From: Candidatus Latescibacterota bacterium
Lineage (GTDB): Bacteria; Latescibacterota; UBA2968; UBA8231
Direction: 5' to 3'
NCBI GenBank assembly: GCA_965205655.1
Contig: CBDBIJ010000097.1
Coordinates: 1 to 31,927 of the forward strand
Length of the DNA stretch: 31,927 nucleotides
The notes under the pieces are model-generated. The model ran no database searches. It was not told where the DNA came from and saw nothing but the letters and a program-made list of their open reading frames with translations. This document shows, piece after piece, positions 20,269 through 29,536 of this stretch; position 1 is the first letter of the stretch, and each line of letters starts with the position of its first letter. Both the position numbers and the translations under genes were made by a program.

Positions 20269-21150
20269 ATGGCCAGTGTAATGCTTCACGTTCTCAAGGA
20301 AGAAGAGAGCGCCCTGCGTCTTTATTTCAACGATATCTCGGACTCCACGCCACTGTCCCGTGAGCAGGAGGTGGTTCTGTCCACCCGTATTCGCGAGGGT
20401 GACATGGTAGCGAGAGACGAACTTGTCCAGGCGAACCTGCGCTTCGTCATCGACGTCGCCAAGAACTATCAGAATCGCGGCCTCGGACTTTCCGACCTCA
20501 TCTGTGCCGGCAACCTCGGGCTTATGACCGCTGCCGAGCGCTTCGACGGGGACAAAGGCTACAAATTCATCTCCTACGCGGTCTGGTGGATCAAGCAGTC
20601 CATTCTGCAGAGCATTGCCGATCACGCCCGTACGGTTAGGCTCCCGCTCAACAAGCTCAGCTTGCTCAAAGACATCACTCGCACGTCTCGCAAGCTCGGT
20701 CAGGGTCGCGAGGGCGAACCCCATGTCGATGAGATCGCAGCCGAGCTGGAGGTGGCCCCGGAGGAGGTACTCGACACCATGCTCAGTGCCCGCAGCGTGC
20801 GCTCCCTCGACGAGGAGTTCGAGGACGGCGATGACCGCAGCCTGATGAGCGTGCTCTCCGACGAGCGCCAGAGCGCTCCCGACGCCGACGTCATCGAGGA
20901 TTCTGCAAAGGCTCAGCTGGAACGGGTGCTGGAGTGTCTGGACGAGCGCGAGACCTACATTGTCCGGCTCTACTTCGGGCTCGACGGTGTCGAGCCGCTG
21001 ACGCTCGAGCAGATTGGCGGTCTGATGAATCTGACGCGCGAGCGCGTCCGTCAGCTCAAGGAACGCGCCCTCGGCAAGCTCCGCGCTCCCGAACGCTACG
21101 AGTCGCTCATGGCCATCGGCGACGTGGAGCGTTCCTTTGAAGCTGCGTAG
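20269..21150 (+). CDS. Sigma-70 family RNA polymerase sigma factor (RpoD/RpoS-like, no region 1.1)
   Basis: LVQANLRFV, KFISYAVWWIKQSI, RTVRLP and LTRERVRQL; GAGGAGG RBS. Confidence 0.95.
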   Translation: MASVMLHVLKEEESALRLYFNDISDSTPLSREQEVVLSTRIREGDMVARDELVQANLRFVIDVAKNYQNRGLGLSDLICAGNLGLMTAAERFDGDKGYKFISYAVWWIKQSILQSIADHARTVRLPLNKLSLLKDITRTSRKLGQGREGEPHVDEIAAELEVAPEEVLDTMLSARSVRSLDEEFEDGDDRSLMSVLSDERQSAPDADVIEDSAKAQLERVLECLDERETYIVRLYFGLDGVEPLTLEQIGGLMNLTRERVRQLKERALGKLRAPERYESLMAIGDVERSFEAA

Positions 21151-21190
21151 ATAGAGGCTGGCGCAGCTCCTCCCTGCGAAGGCGAACAAC

Positions 21191-21271
21191 ATGGAGTCCG
21201 TCGGGGTAATCGGTATAGGCCTTTGGATCCTGGCCGTTTGCGCCTATTTGAGAGGACGCCGGCGGCGCTGA
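21191..21271 (+). CDS. Putative 26-aa single-TM micropeptide
   Basis: MESVGVIGIGLWILAVCAYLRGRRRR; GAAGG upstream; ends just before the terminator. Confidence 0.5.
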   Translation: MESVGVIGIGLWILAVCAYLRGRRRR

Positions 21272-21284
21272 GAAGCTCGACGAA

Positions 21285-21332
21285 AAAAGAAGGGCCGGAT
21301 TCGCAGCTTGGAATCCGGCCCTTCTTTTGTTT
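21285..21332. terminator. Intrinsic terminator, potentially bidirectional
   Basis: Perfect 18-bp inverted repeat 21285-21302/21311-21328, 8-nt loop, with A-run and T-run flanks. Confidence 0.9.
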
Positions 21333-21400
21333 CTTATGTCGGCGGCACATTCCCGCTCCCGAAAGCCCACACCCACGCCCAAAGAAGGAATGAAACTATC

Positions 21401-21988
21401 GTGGCCGGCGGCAATCGTCGTATCTGTGTGTACTGCGGCTCGAAAGCTGGTTCCAACCCTGCCTACGGCCACGCAGCGGCGGCGCTTGGGGCGGTAATTG
21501 TCCGGAGGGGATTGGGGCTGGTGTACGGTGGTGGCAATGTCGGGCTGATGGCGTGCGTCGCCGAGTCCGTCATCGCTGCCGGCGGTGAGGTGACGGGGGT
21601 CATACCCCGCAAACTGAGAGACTGGGAGCTCGCTCACACGGGGGTGGCCGAGCTCATCGTGGCCGAGGACATGCACGAGCGCAAGGCAATCATGGCTCAG
21701 CGAGCAGATGCTTTCGTCGCCTTGCCGGGCGGCTATGGAACCCTTGAAGAGCTCTTCGAGGCCGTCGCCTGGGCCCAGCTGGGCTACCACGACAAGCCGG
21801 TTGGTCTGCTCAATGCCGGCGGCTACTTCGACCACCTCATCGCCTTCCTCGACCACGCGACTCGAGAGCAGTTTCTCCGACCTCACCACCGACAGCTGTT
21901 GCAGGTCGCCAGCGACCCCGAGATGCTTCTCGATTCCATGCTGCCGCCACCCGATCCCGCGCGCGCTACGCGCGCTAATCGAGGATAG
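21401..21988 (+). CDS. LOG family (TIGR00730) nucleotide phosphoribohydrolase, short form
   Basis: ICVYCGS, LVYGGG, MHERK, PGGYGTLEE and KPVGLLN; GTG 21401 chosen because the track start lies inside the terminator. Confidence 0.92.
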   Translation: MAGGNRRICVYCGSKAGSNPAYGHAAAALGAVIVRRGLGLVYGGGNVGLMACVAESVIAAGGEVTGVIPRKLRDWELAHTGVAELIVAEDMHERKAIMAQRADAFVALPGGYGTLEELFEAVAWAQLGYHDKPVGLLNAGGYFDHLIAFLDHATREQFLRPHHRQLLQVASDPEMLLDSMLPPPDPARATRANRG

Positions 21989-23739
21989 CGAGGATAGCGA
22001 TGGCTTCCAGCGCGAATCGGCCCGACTCGAGTGCCGGGCAGCCCTCACCGGAAGAGAGGGTGGCCCAGCTGGCACGTGAGCTGACGGAGACAAATTTCCG
22101 GCTGAACCAGACACAGGCACAGCTGGAGACGTTGAACCAGGCGGGGCTCAACCTGGCAGCGTCCCTCCAGGTGCAGGACGTCGTCGGCGAATTCCTGCAA
22201 CTGGCCGTGGCCATGGTCGACGCCAGCGGCGGCTTCTTTTTCCTGAAAGACGAGAGCACGAACCGATTCGAGCTGGCCGAGCAGATCAATCTCACGCGCG
22301 AGCAGGTCGATCCTCTCGACGACCGTCCCTTCCGCAACAAGCTGCGTCTCACGATGAAGAATCGCACCTCCTTGCGTCTTGGCGGTGACGATCTGCCGCG
22401 TGGCCTCTCTGGCAGCGAGTTGCTCGTCGCCCCGGTGGGAACCGTCGGTTTTCTCGGTGTCGTCGATAAGGAAAGCCGCGATGGTGTGCAACCCTTCTCG
22501 GATGCCGACGCCCGCCTGCTGCAGGTCATGGGTCAACAGGCCGGCCTGACCCTGGCCAACGCCCGCATCTACCGACGCATGGTGGAGGAGAGAAACCTCA
22601 ACCTCAACATCTTCAACAGCGTCGCGACCGGCGTCATCTCCACCGATCTGCACGGCACCATCGTGCGCGTCAATCCTGCGGTAAAGCGCATCCTCGGCGC
22701 CGAGGGGACGTTCTTCGCCCGTTCCAGCGCGCGGCTCTTCGAGCAATACGGCTGCAAACGAACGGCCGCCGCCGTGTGCGACTGCCTTCAGGATGGTCAG
22801 GATCGCTATATCGACGGCGAGCGCATCGGGTCAAGCCAGCTGACTCTGAACGCTCGCATTAGCTCGCTGCGCACCGAGGCAGGTCAGATAGAGGGCCTCG
22901 TTATCACTCTTGAGGATCTCACCGAGCAGAGCCGCCTGCGGACCATGTTCAAACAGTACGACAGCGACCAGGTTGTCGACCTTGTCCTCAAGGATGATGC
23001 GGCGCCGGCTCTCGGTGGTGAAATACGGTCCGCAACCATGATGTTCGTAGATCTCGTGGGGTCCACCGAGCTCCTCGGCCGCATCGGCGGCGAGGAGATG
23101 GTGAGCCTCATGAACGACTTCTTCACCCGCATGGTGGACATCGTTTTCAGCCACAACGGCACCCTTGACAAGTACACCGGAGACGGGTTTCTAGCGGTGT
23201 ACGGAGCGCCCGTGACCCTCGAACAAGACAGCGCGAGAGCCGTTCAGACCGGCCTGGATATCCTCGCGGAGATGGAGAGCTTCAATCGCAGCAACGACCA
23301 GTCGCTGGGCGTCAGTATCGGCATCAGTCGCGGCACCGTAGTGGCCGGCAACATCGGCTCACTGCGCCGCATGGAATACAGCGTTATCGGCCCCGATGTG
23401 AACATCGCCAGCCGCCTGTGTGACCGCGCCAGATCTAGCGAAATCCTCGTCAGCTCGCGCGTTTACGATGAAGTTGGTGGCATCTTTGAATACGAGCATG
23501 CGGGCCGGCTTCCATTCAAGGGCATGCGCGAGCGCATGGACATCTACCGGGTGCTGGGCATCGAAGGATCAGTGGTCCGCACGGAGAGGGCCGGCGAGTC
23601 GGAGGAGAGGCAGACGGCGATCGTCGACCTGAGTGTACCCATGATAGCGGATATGGAGCTGACGGTGAGTCGCACCGCGGAGGCTGTCGGCGAGTTCATG
23701 GGGATGTCGGACGAGAACAATCAGGAAATCAGGCTCGCC

Positions 23740-25161
23740 CTAGCAGCCCGTGGCTAAAGCCCCGTTTGGGAAGATTTGGGGTGGCCTGAGATTCGTGGTG
23801 CGAGTTGCCGCCAATGGCGACGAAAATCGAGCAGTGCCCGAGAGTTGAACCACGGGCGGCGACAAAGCGCGCCAAGGCGCGAAAACCTGAGTGATGAGAG
23901 ACGAAATGAGGGAAAACGCCTTCCTCATACCCCTCGGAGTGCCCGCACCGAAGAGGGTGCGCATGAGGAGGCCGAAATTGCAGCCGCACACGTGAATGAC
24001 GAGGCGTTTGAGGATGTTTTGTCGGCCCCGAAGAAACAGCCGTCGCATACCGCCGGTTTCGAACAGATGAGCATACGGGCGTTCGAGCAGCTCGCCGCGC
24101 TTACGCCGCAGCGCCTGCCCGCGGTTGCCGCGAATGCGTCGGCGATTGGCATACACCGCCTGTTGTGCTTCCGCTTTGTCCTTCCAATCTCGACGCCCGC
24201 GATCCGGTTCGGAAATGTAGCTGCGAATGGCACTGGCTTTGAGATCGACCAGCACCTCGTTGCTGTGATACCCCTTGTCGGTGACGACTTCCGACAACGG
24301 TTTGGGATGCAGATGCTTCCTGGCCTCGGGATCCTGCGACACGGCCTCCACGTTCAATTCGGTTCGCACCAGCATCCACGGCAGCGATTCGGTGTCGCCT
24401 TCATCGGCACTCGGCAGACTCACGGCGACGATCGCCTGGGTGTCCATGTCCACCGCCGTCTCCACCTTGTGCGCCAGATGGGTGCGACGATCCTTCGTCT
24501 TGGTAATGCGGGCATCCGGATCGTGCGGGTGTTCCCAGTCCTTATTGGACGCTTTCTTCGGGCGCTTCTTGTCGATTCTGGCCAGATCCTCTCGCGTTGG
24601 CGTCTCGATGCCCGAGGCCTTGGCCAACTTCGTGAGAAACTCCTCGTAACTTTCGCCCGTGTCCCGGCGCACGATGCTGCGCATGGCGGCGTTGGCATCC
24701 AGCGTCGTGGCGCCGACGCCCAGCGTCTTCCCCTTCAGCAGGTTCGATGTGGCCAGCACCTTCAACACCCACTCGAAGACCTCATGATGCGTCTGGAAGT
24801 CGATCAGCCGGCGCGTGCGAGACACCGTCGAATGATCGGGCGTAGCCTTGTCGAGCTCGTAGCCGAGGAATGCCCGCAACGACAGCGAATCGGCGACGCG
24901 CCAGGCGATCTCACGCTCCGAGTCGATGCCCTCGAAATAGCCGATCATGAGCAGGCGGAAATAGACCCCGGGCGGGATGCCGGGCCGACCGGCGCCCTCG
25001 GCGTAAAACGTCGTGCACCGCTCTTCCACAAACTCGTCGAATCCGTGCTTGTCCAGCACCTCATTCAATCTCTTGTAAAAAGGATGTCCCGGAGCCCTCA
25101 GGTGCTGCGTCGCCACCCACAGCTGAGCTTGGCTCGCGCGCTTCCGTTTTCCCAACGCCAT
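23740..25161 (-). CDS. IS1182/IS5-like DDE transposase
   Basis: GRPGIPP...GIDSEREI...PDHSTVSR (DUF772-like), DKGY and LERPY; stop codon supplied by the CTAG target. Confidence 0.88.
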   Translation of the reverse strand: MALGKRKRASQAQLWVATQHLRAPGHPFYKRLNEVLDKHGFDEFVEERCTTFYAEGAGRPGIPPGVYFRLLMIGYFEGIDSEREIAWRVADSLSLRAFLGYELDKATPDHSTVSRTRRLIDFQTHHEVFEWVLKVLATSNLLKGKTLGVGATTLDANAAMRSIVRRDTGESYEEFLTKLAKASGIETPTREDLARIDKKRPKKASNKDWEHPHDPDARITKTKDRRTHLAHKVETAVDMDTQAIVAVSLPSADEGDTESLPWMLVRTELNVEAVSQDPEARKHLHPKPLSEVVTDKGYHSNEVLVDLKASAIRSYISEPDRGRRDWKDKAEAQQAVYANRRRIRGNRGQALRRKRGELLERPYAHLFETGGMRRLFLRGRQNILKRLVIHVCGCNFGLLMRTLFGAGTPRGMRKAFSLISSLITQVFAPWRALSPPVVQLSGTARFSSPLAATRTTNLRPPQIFPNGALATGC

Positions 25162-25253
25162 GACAGCATCTCCCCTGCAAGGTTGATGCTCAAAGGTAAG
25201 GAGAGGCTCCTCATCCGCGCCGCAAGAAAATCACCGACTTTCACCACATGCTG
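23744..25253 (-). mobile_element. IS1182-like insertion sequence
   Basis: Imperfect TIRs CAGCCCGTGGCTAAAG / CAGCATGTGGTGAAAG (12 of 16 match); flanked by CTAG at 23740-23743 and 25254-25257. Confidence 0.85.
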
Positions 25254-25256
25254 CTA

Positions 25257-26517
25257 GCGGTTCAACTAGGTAGCAGTGCGGGGTAGAGACGCTTGAGCTT
25301 GATTCGTGCATCCGCCGTCGTGAAACGCCAATTGATTACGGGCGGGTTTTCGAGGCGCTCCGTGAGCCAGGCCTTCACGTGTTTTCCCAACTGCTGGATC
25401 GTCGCGATGCGACGATTGAGGCATTGCCGAAAGAGCACGTTCAGTCCGATCTCGGCCATGTTGAGCCAGCTGCCGTGTGTCGGGGCGTAGTGGATGTCGA
25501 GTTTGTCAGCGATGCGCTTGGCTTCCTCCGGTTCGAAGACCTCGTAGAGGGCCGCCTTCTTATGAGTGCTCAAGTTGTCCATCACCAGCGTGATCTCCTC
25601 CGCCTCAGGGTAGTGGACGTCGTAGTGGACGTCGACGAGATCTCTGACGGTGTGAGCCCAGTCTCTCATCGTGCGCCGTTCGCTCACTCGGACGTGGGAG
25701 CGACCCGTGAAGGGCTCCAGCATCATGAAGACGTTGGCGACCCCGTTGCGGACGTATTCATGGTGATACCGTGCCGGACACCCAGGCGCCACCGGCAGGG
25801 GCCGCTGCGTTTCGCCGATCAACTGCTTGCTTGTCTCGTCCAGACAAACCAACGGGTGCTTCGAGTCGTACGGCCGTTGATAGACATCCAACACGTCCTC
25901 CATCGCGCAGACGAACTCGGCACTGGGTTTGCCCGGCAGGCACCACATCTCCCGCCGCCAAGGCTTCAGCTCGTTTTTTTTAACGTCTTGCGGACCGTTT
26001 CCGGGCTGACACTGTCAACCAGCTCCAAGGCCACGAGGCGGTCTGCCAGCAGCTTCAGGGTCCAGTGCCTCCTCCCCTCGGGGGGCTCACTGCAGGCCAG
26101 AGCCACCAGATGGGCTTCGGCTCTGCCGTCGATCTTCTTTGCTTTCCGATTCTTCTGCTCCTTGCGCAGCAGCGACGCCTCGACGCCCTCTTCCACAAAC
26201 CGCTGGCGCAGACGCTCCACCGTGCTCGGATGCACGTCGAGCGCGTGTTCGATCTGCTCATCGGTCCAGTGCTCACCATGCGGACCCTGGTCCGTCTTCA
26301 GCAGGATCCTCGCGTGCCGTTGTTTGTAGGCCGCCGCCTTCCCCCTCGAGATCAAACCGTGCAGGTGAGCTCGCTCCTCTGCTGTCAGCGTGACGATGTA
26401 TTTCTTCGTGGGCAATGTCGATCTCCTCTCCTGACAAAGGGGCCTCAGGAGAAGGATACGAGCCCCGGCCTCAAAACGCTAGTTCCAATGTCCCGCAATC
26501 CTAACTGGATCAACCAC
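25257..26517 (-). mobile_element. IS630-family insertion sequence
   Basis: TA duplication in CTAG context; ends TAGCGGTTCAACTAGGTAGCAGTGCGGG / TAGTGGTTGATCCAGTTAGGATTGCGGG (21 of 28 match). Confidence 0.92.
25262..26415 (-). CDS. IS630 transposase, orfA (25966..26415) and orfB joined by a -1 frameshift at A8 (25974-25981)
   Basis: HTH orfA ending KTLKK, -1 frame continuing NELKPW; DDE motifs CLDET, MDNL and SWLNMAE. Confidence 0.92.
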
Positions 26518-26762
26518 TAGTGGAAGCCTGCATAAACTCCTTCGAGCACTCTCAGAGCAAGGACAGGCGTCTTCAGGTGGACTTCGCGGTGGGCGAGCGC
26601 GAGCTCACTATCGTCATCAGCGATCGCGGTCACGGCTTCGATGTAAAACAAGCTCTGGAGAAAATGAAGGAGCGTCGGGACCACGGGGAGATGAAGAGAG
26701 GCTGGGGCCTCGAGCTCATGGGTGAGTTCATGGACGAGGTCGACATCGACTCTGACGCCGAC

Positions 26763-28182
26763 GCTTTGTCCCGATCTTAGTTGAAACAGCACAGGCTCCA
26801 ATCGTTACGTTTTGATACGAGAAGCCCGTTGGAAGAAGTCTCGCATCGGTAACAAAAGGAGCCTGCAATGAGCAAGCTAGTAGCACGGAAGAAGGGCGTC
26901 AAACGAACGGTGAGCATCGGCAAGGTAGCACCCGAGACTGCAGAGCAAGTAGAGGACCTGGATGGCCGGATTGAGGCGATCCAATGGCTGATTCCCTTGG
27001 GGCTGCAGGCGGTCGCGGAGGAGCTGCAAAGAGCGGTCGTTGAGTTGGCTGGGCCGCGGTATCAGCGCAAGGGGTCGGATCAGCCGTTACGCCGCTGGGG
27101 GTCTCAGCTCGGGTCGGTGTACCTGGCCGACCAGAAACTACCCGTCGATGTGCCGCGGGTGCGCAACGTGGCCAACCATACCGAGGTCCCGCTGGATGTT
27201 TACCAGGCACTGCAGACGCCTCGACAGATGGACGAAGGTCTGCTGTTGCGGATGCTGAAGGGCATCGCCACGCGCAACTACGAGGCCTGCGCTGAGGCCG
27301 TACCCGAGGCCTTTGGTCTGTCATCCTCATCGGTGTCCCGTCGTTACGTGAAAGGCACGGCTCGAAAGCTGGCTGAATTCCAGGAGCGATCCCTGGAAGG
27401 ATATGATCTGGTGGCGCTATTCCTCGACGGCAAGAGCTTCGCGGACGAGGATATCATCATCGCCCTGGGCGTCACCCTCGACGGACAGAAGATTCCTCTT
27501 GGCTTCGTGCAGGCGGCCACGGAACAACGAGCGCGTCTGCCGTCGCTTCCTGTCCGATCTGGTCGAACGCGGTATGCAGTACGAAGCCGGACTGTTGGTC
27601 GTCATCGACGGCGCCAAGGGGCTTTACAAGGCGGTGATGTCGGTGCTCAAAGGACATGCCTGCGTGCAGCGCTGCCAGTATCACAAGCGCCAGAACGTCG
27701 TGTCGTATCTGTCCAAAAGCGAGCAGTCCGGTATGGGTCGCAAGATGGAGGCGGCCTACGGCAAACCGAGATACGAGGCGGCACTGGACGCGCTCAAACC
27801 GGGCTTGAAGTTGATGAATCAGTCCGCCCTACACAGCCTCGAGGAAGGCATGGAAGAGACCCTCACACTCCATCGGTTGGGACTGACGCCGATGCTCAAG
27901 GATTCCTTCCGCACCACCAACTGCATCGAGAACGTCAACAGTCTCCTGGAGCAGCTCACACACAACGTGCGACGCTGGACCAACTCATCACAGCGTCACC
28001 GTTGGGTAGCCACGGCACTGCTCGACATCGAACCACGTCTGCGCAGGGTCAAGGGCTATCGCCATCTGCCGATGCTCCGGCAAGCCATACAAGCCGAACT
28101 CGGCATCAAACAGCTCGCGATGATGGGCTGACACACTCACCCGAGCCTGTGATTTGTTTCAACTGAAACTGGGCCTTGACCG
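26763..28182 (+). mobile_element. IS256-family insertion sequence
   Basis: Direct repeat GACGCCGAC(G) at 26754 and 28183; subterminal inverted repeat AGTTGAAACA...CACAGGCTC at 26779-26798 and 28143-28164; ends uncertain by 1-2 bp. Confidence 0.88.
26868..28131 (+). pseudogene. IS256 (Mutator-type) transposase with a +1 frameshift near 27525
   Basis: VPRVR and FLDGK in the first frame up to QAATE; NERVC, VIDG, CQYHK and TTNCIE in the next frame. Confidence 0.88.
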
Positions 28183-28246
28183 GACGCCGACGGCACCATA
28201 CTCACCCTCGTCAAGTACCGCTAACCACGCTAGCGAACGTTTCGTC

Positions 28247-29316
28247 TCAGACGTACTCGTCGTCTGTGTTGCCACGAGCCAGCCGGATGAGCCCTGCTCC
28301 TCCAACGCGCGCATCTGGTGCACGATTCGCAGTTGGCCTTGCTCCACCTCGCTCAGACGCATCGGCGGGAGCGCCGCGAGATCGTCCAGCAGCAGTTGCT
28401 GCCGCCGTTCGGACATGGCGCCGAGAACTCTGTCGAGCACTCCTTTGCCCGCCGCCTTGAGGGCGACGACCAGCTCCTTGTGATCGGCGTTTTGAAGCAC
28501 CACATCGATTTCTCTGGAGTCGAGCCGGGCGATGTCATCGAAAACGAACATCTCGTCTCGAATCTGCGCCGCAACCTCTGGATCCTGCGCGTCCAGCCGG
28601 TCGAGGACGTTTCTCTCGAGGCTGGATCCGACCCGGTTCAGGATTTCGGCGGCCACCTTCGTTCCGTCCACCGACTGCTGGCCGGACAGAGCATCGCTCA
28701 GCTCCTCGACGAGGGTCTCTTCAAGGGCATTCAGAACCTCAGGCGACACCTGCTCGAGCGTCGCGATGCGATGCGCGACGTCTGACTGAAGGGTCGTGGG
28801 CCTCAGGTCCAGAAGTCCGGCAGCCTTGTCCGGCTTCAGCTGCGAGAGGATGAGGGCGATCGTCTGCGGGTGCTGCTGCGCGATGAAGGGCGCCACCTGA
28901 GCGGGATCCGCTCCGTCGAGCAGCTTGAAAGCGCTGGTTTTCCGGCGGCCCATCCGCTCCAGCATCTGCTGCGCCCTGTCGGTTCCGAAAGCGGATTCCA
29001 GCATGTCGCGAACGAACTGTTCGCCTCCGGCCGCCGGGAGTGCACCGGAAGACAGCTTTGCTTCGAACTCCGCTACCACCTACCGCTGCTGCTCACGGGG
29101 GACGGACTTGAGATCTGCGATCACCCTGGTGATTTGCTCGACTTCGTCGTCGTCGAGATGCTGCATCATCTCGGCGGCGAGCTCCTCGCCGAAGCTGACA
29201 AGCAGAGTAGCTACCCGCCGCCAGCCGGAAAGCTCGTCGAGCCCGTCTGCCTCCCCCTCTTCCTTCAGAGCCCTGAGAGCCATGGCCGCGCTTTTCAAGT
29301 CGGGTAGCTCTGACAT
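28247..29316 (-). pseudogene. fliG: Flagellar motor switch protein FliG, disrupted
   Basis: QHPQTIALILS, MFVFDD and AMSER motifs; in-frame TAG at 29080-29082; -1 frameshift at the G-run 28292-28294 hides the C-terminus LIRLARGNTDDEYV-stop. Confidence 0.88.
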
Positions 29317-29380
29317 TGCGGTGCCGTCAGCGGTCTCGAGTGTAAAGGGCCGGGGTCGAAGAGGCGGGTAGCGACTGGGA

Positions 29381-29536
29381 TCAGCGAAAGAGAATGGCGT
29401 ATGGCAGGGCGCAGAGAACGCCGCCGACGAGGAGGATCGGCCAGTGCGTCGCCCTGGCGCCGGCACGGGGCTCTTCCATCAACCACCAGTGGCCGAGGTT
29501 GCCGGCCAGGACGAGAAAGAGGATGAGGACTCCCAT
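29381..29536 (-). CDS. Putative 51-aa two-TM membrane protein
   Basis: MGVLILFLVLAGNLGHWWLMEEPRAGARATHWPILLVGGVLCALPYAILFR; ATG overlaps the upstream stop (TGATG); below the ORF-track cutoff. Confidence 0.6.
   Translation of the reverse strand: MGVLILFLVLAGNLGHWWLMEEPRAGARATHWPILLVGGVLCALPYAILFR

Larger units (their letters stand above)
22000..28224 (+). pseudogene. GAF-PAS-class III adenylate cyclase-RsbW-like HATPase fusion interrupted by three IS elements (segments 22000-23742, 26520-26762, 28192-28224)
   Basis: Cyclase motifs FVDLVGST, DKYTGD and GPDVNIASRL. Removing the ISs and one target-site copy each restores IRLAL|VEACINSFEH...DRGHGF...RGWGL...DSDAD|GTILTLVKYR-stop in frame (672 aa). 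A 585-aa truncated ORF 22000..23757 remains. Confidence 0.9.

Noticed and set aside
23776..25257. 493-aa plus-strand ORF spanning the IS1182 element, and similar long shadow ORFs (8603..9652, 11390..12508, 18289..19521, 20245..21192)
   Set aside because: They are antisense to well-supported genes, have no recognisable motifs, and are expected in GC-rich DNA.
25974..25981. A8 frameshift in IS630 as an inactivating mutation or novelty
   Set aside because: A programmed -1 shift at this position is a known IS630 feature.
29080..29082. In-frame TAG in fliG as pyrrolysine or recoded stop
   Set aside because: TAG terminates many other genes here, no pyl genes are seen, and fliG has a second lesion.
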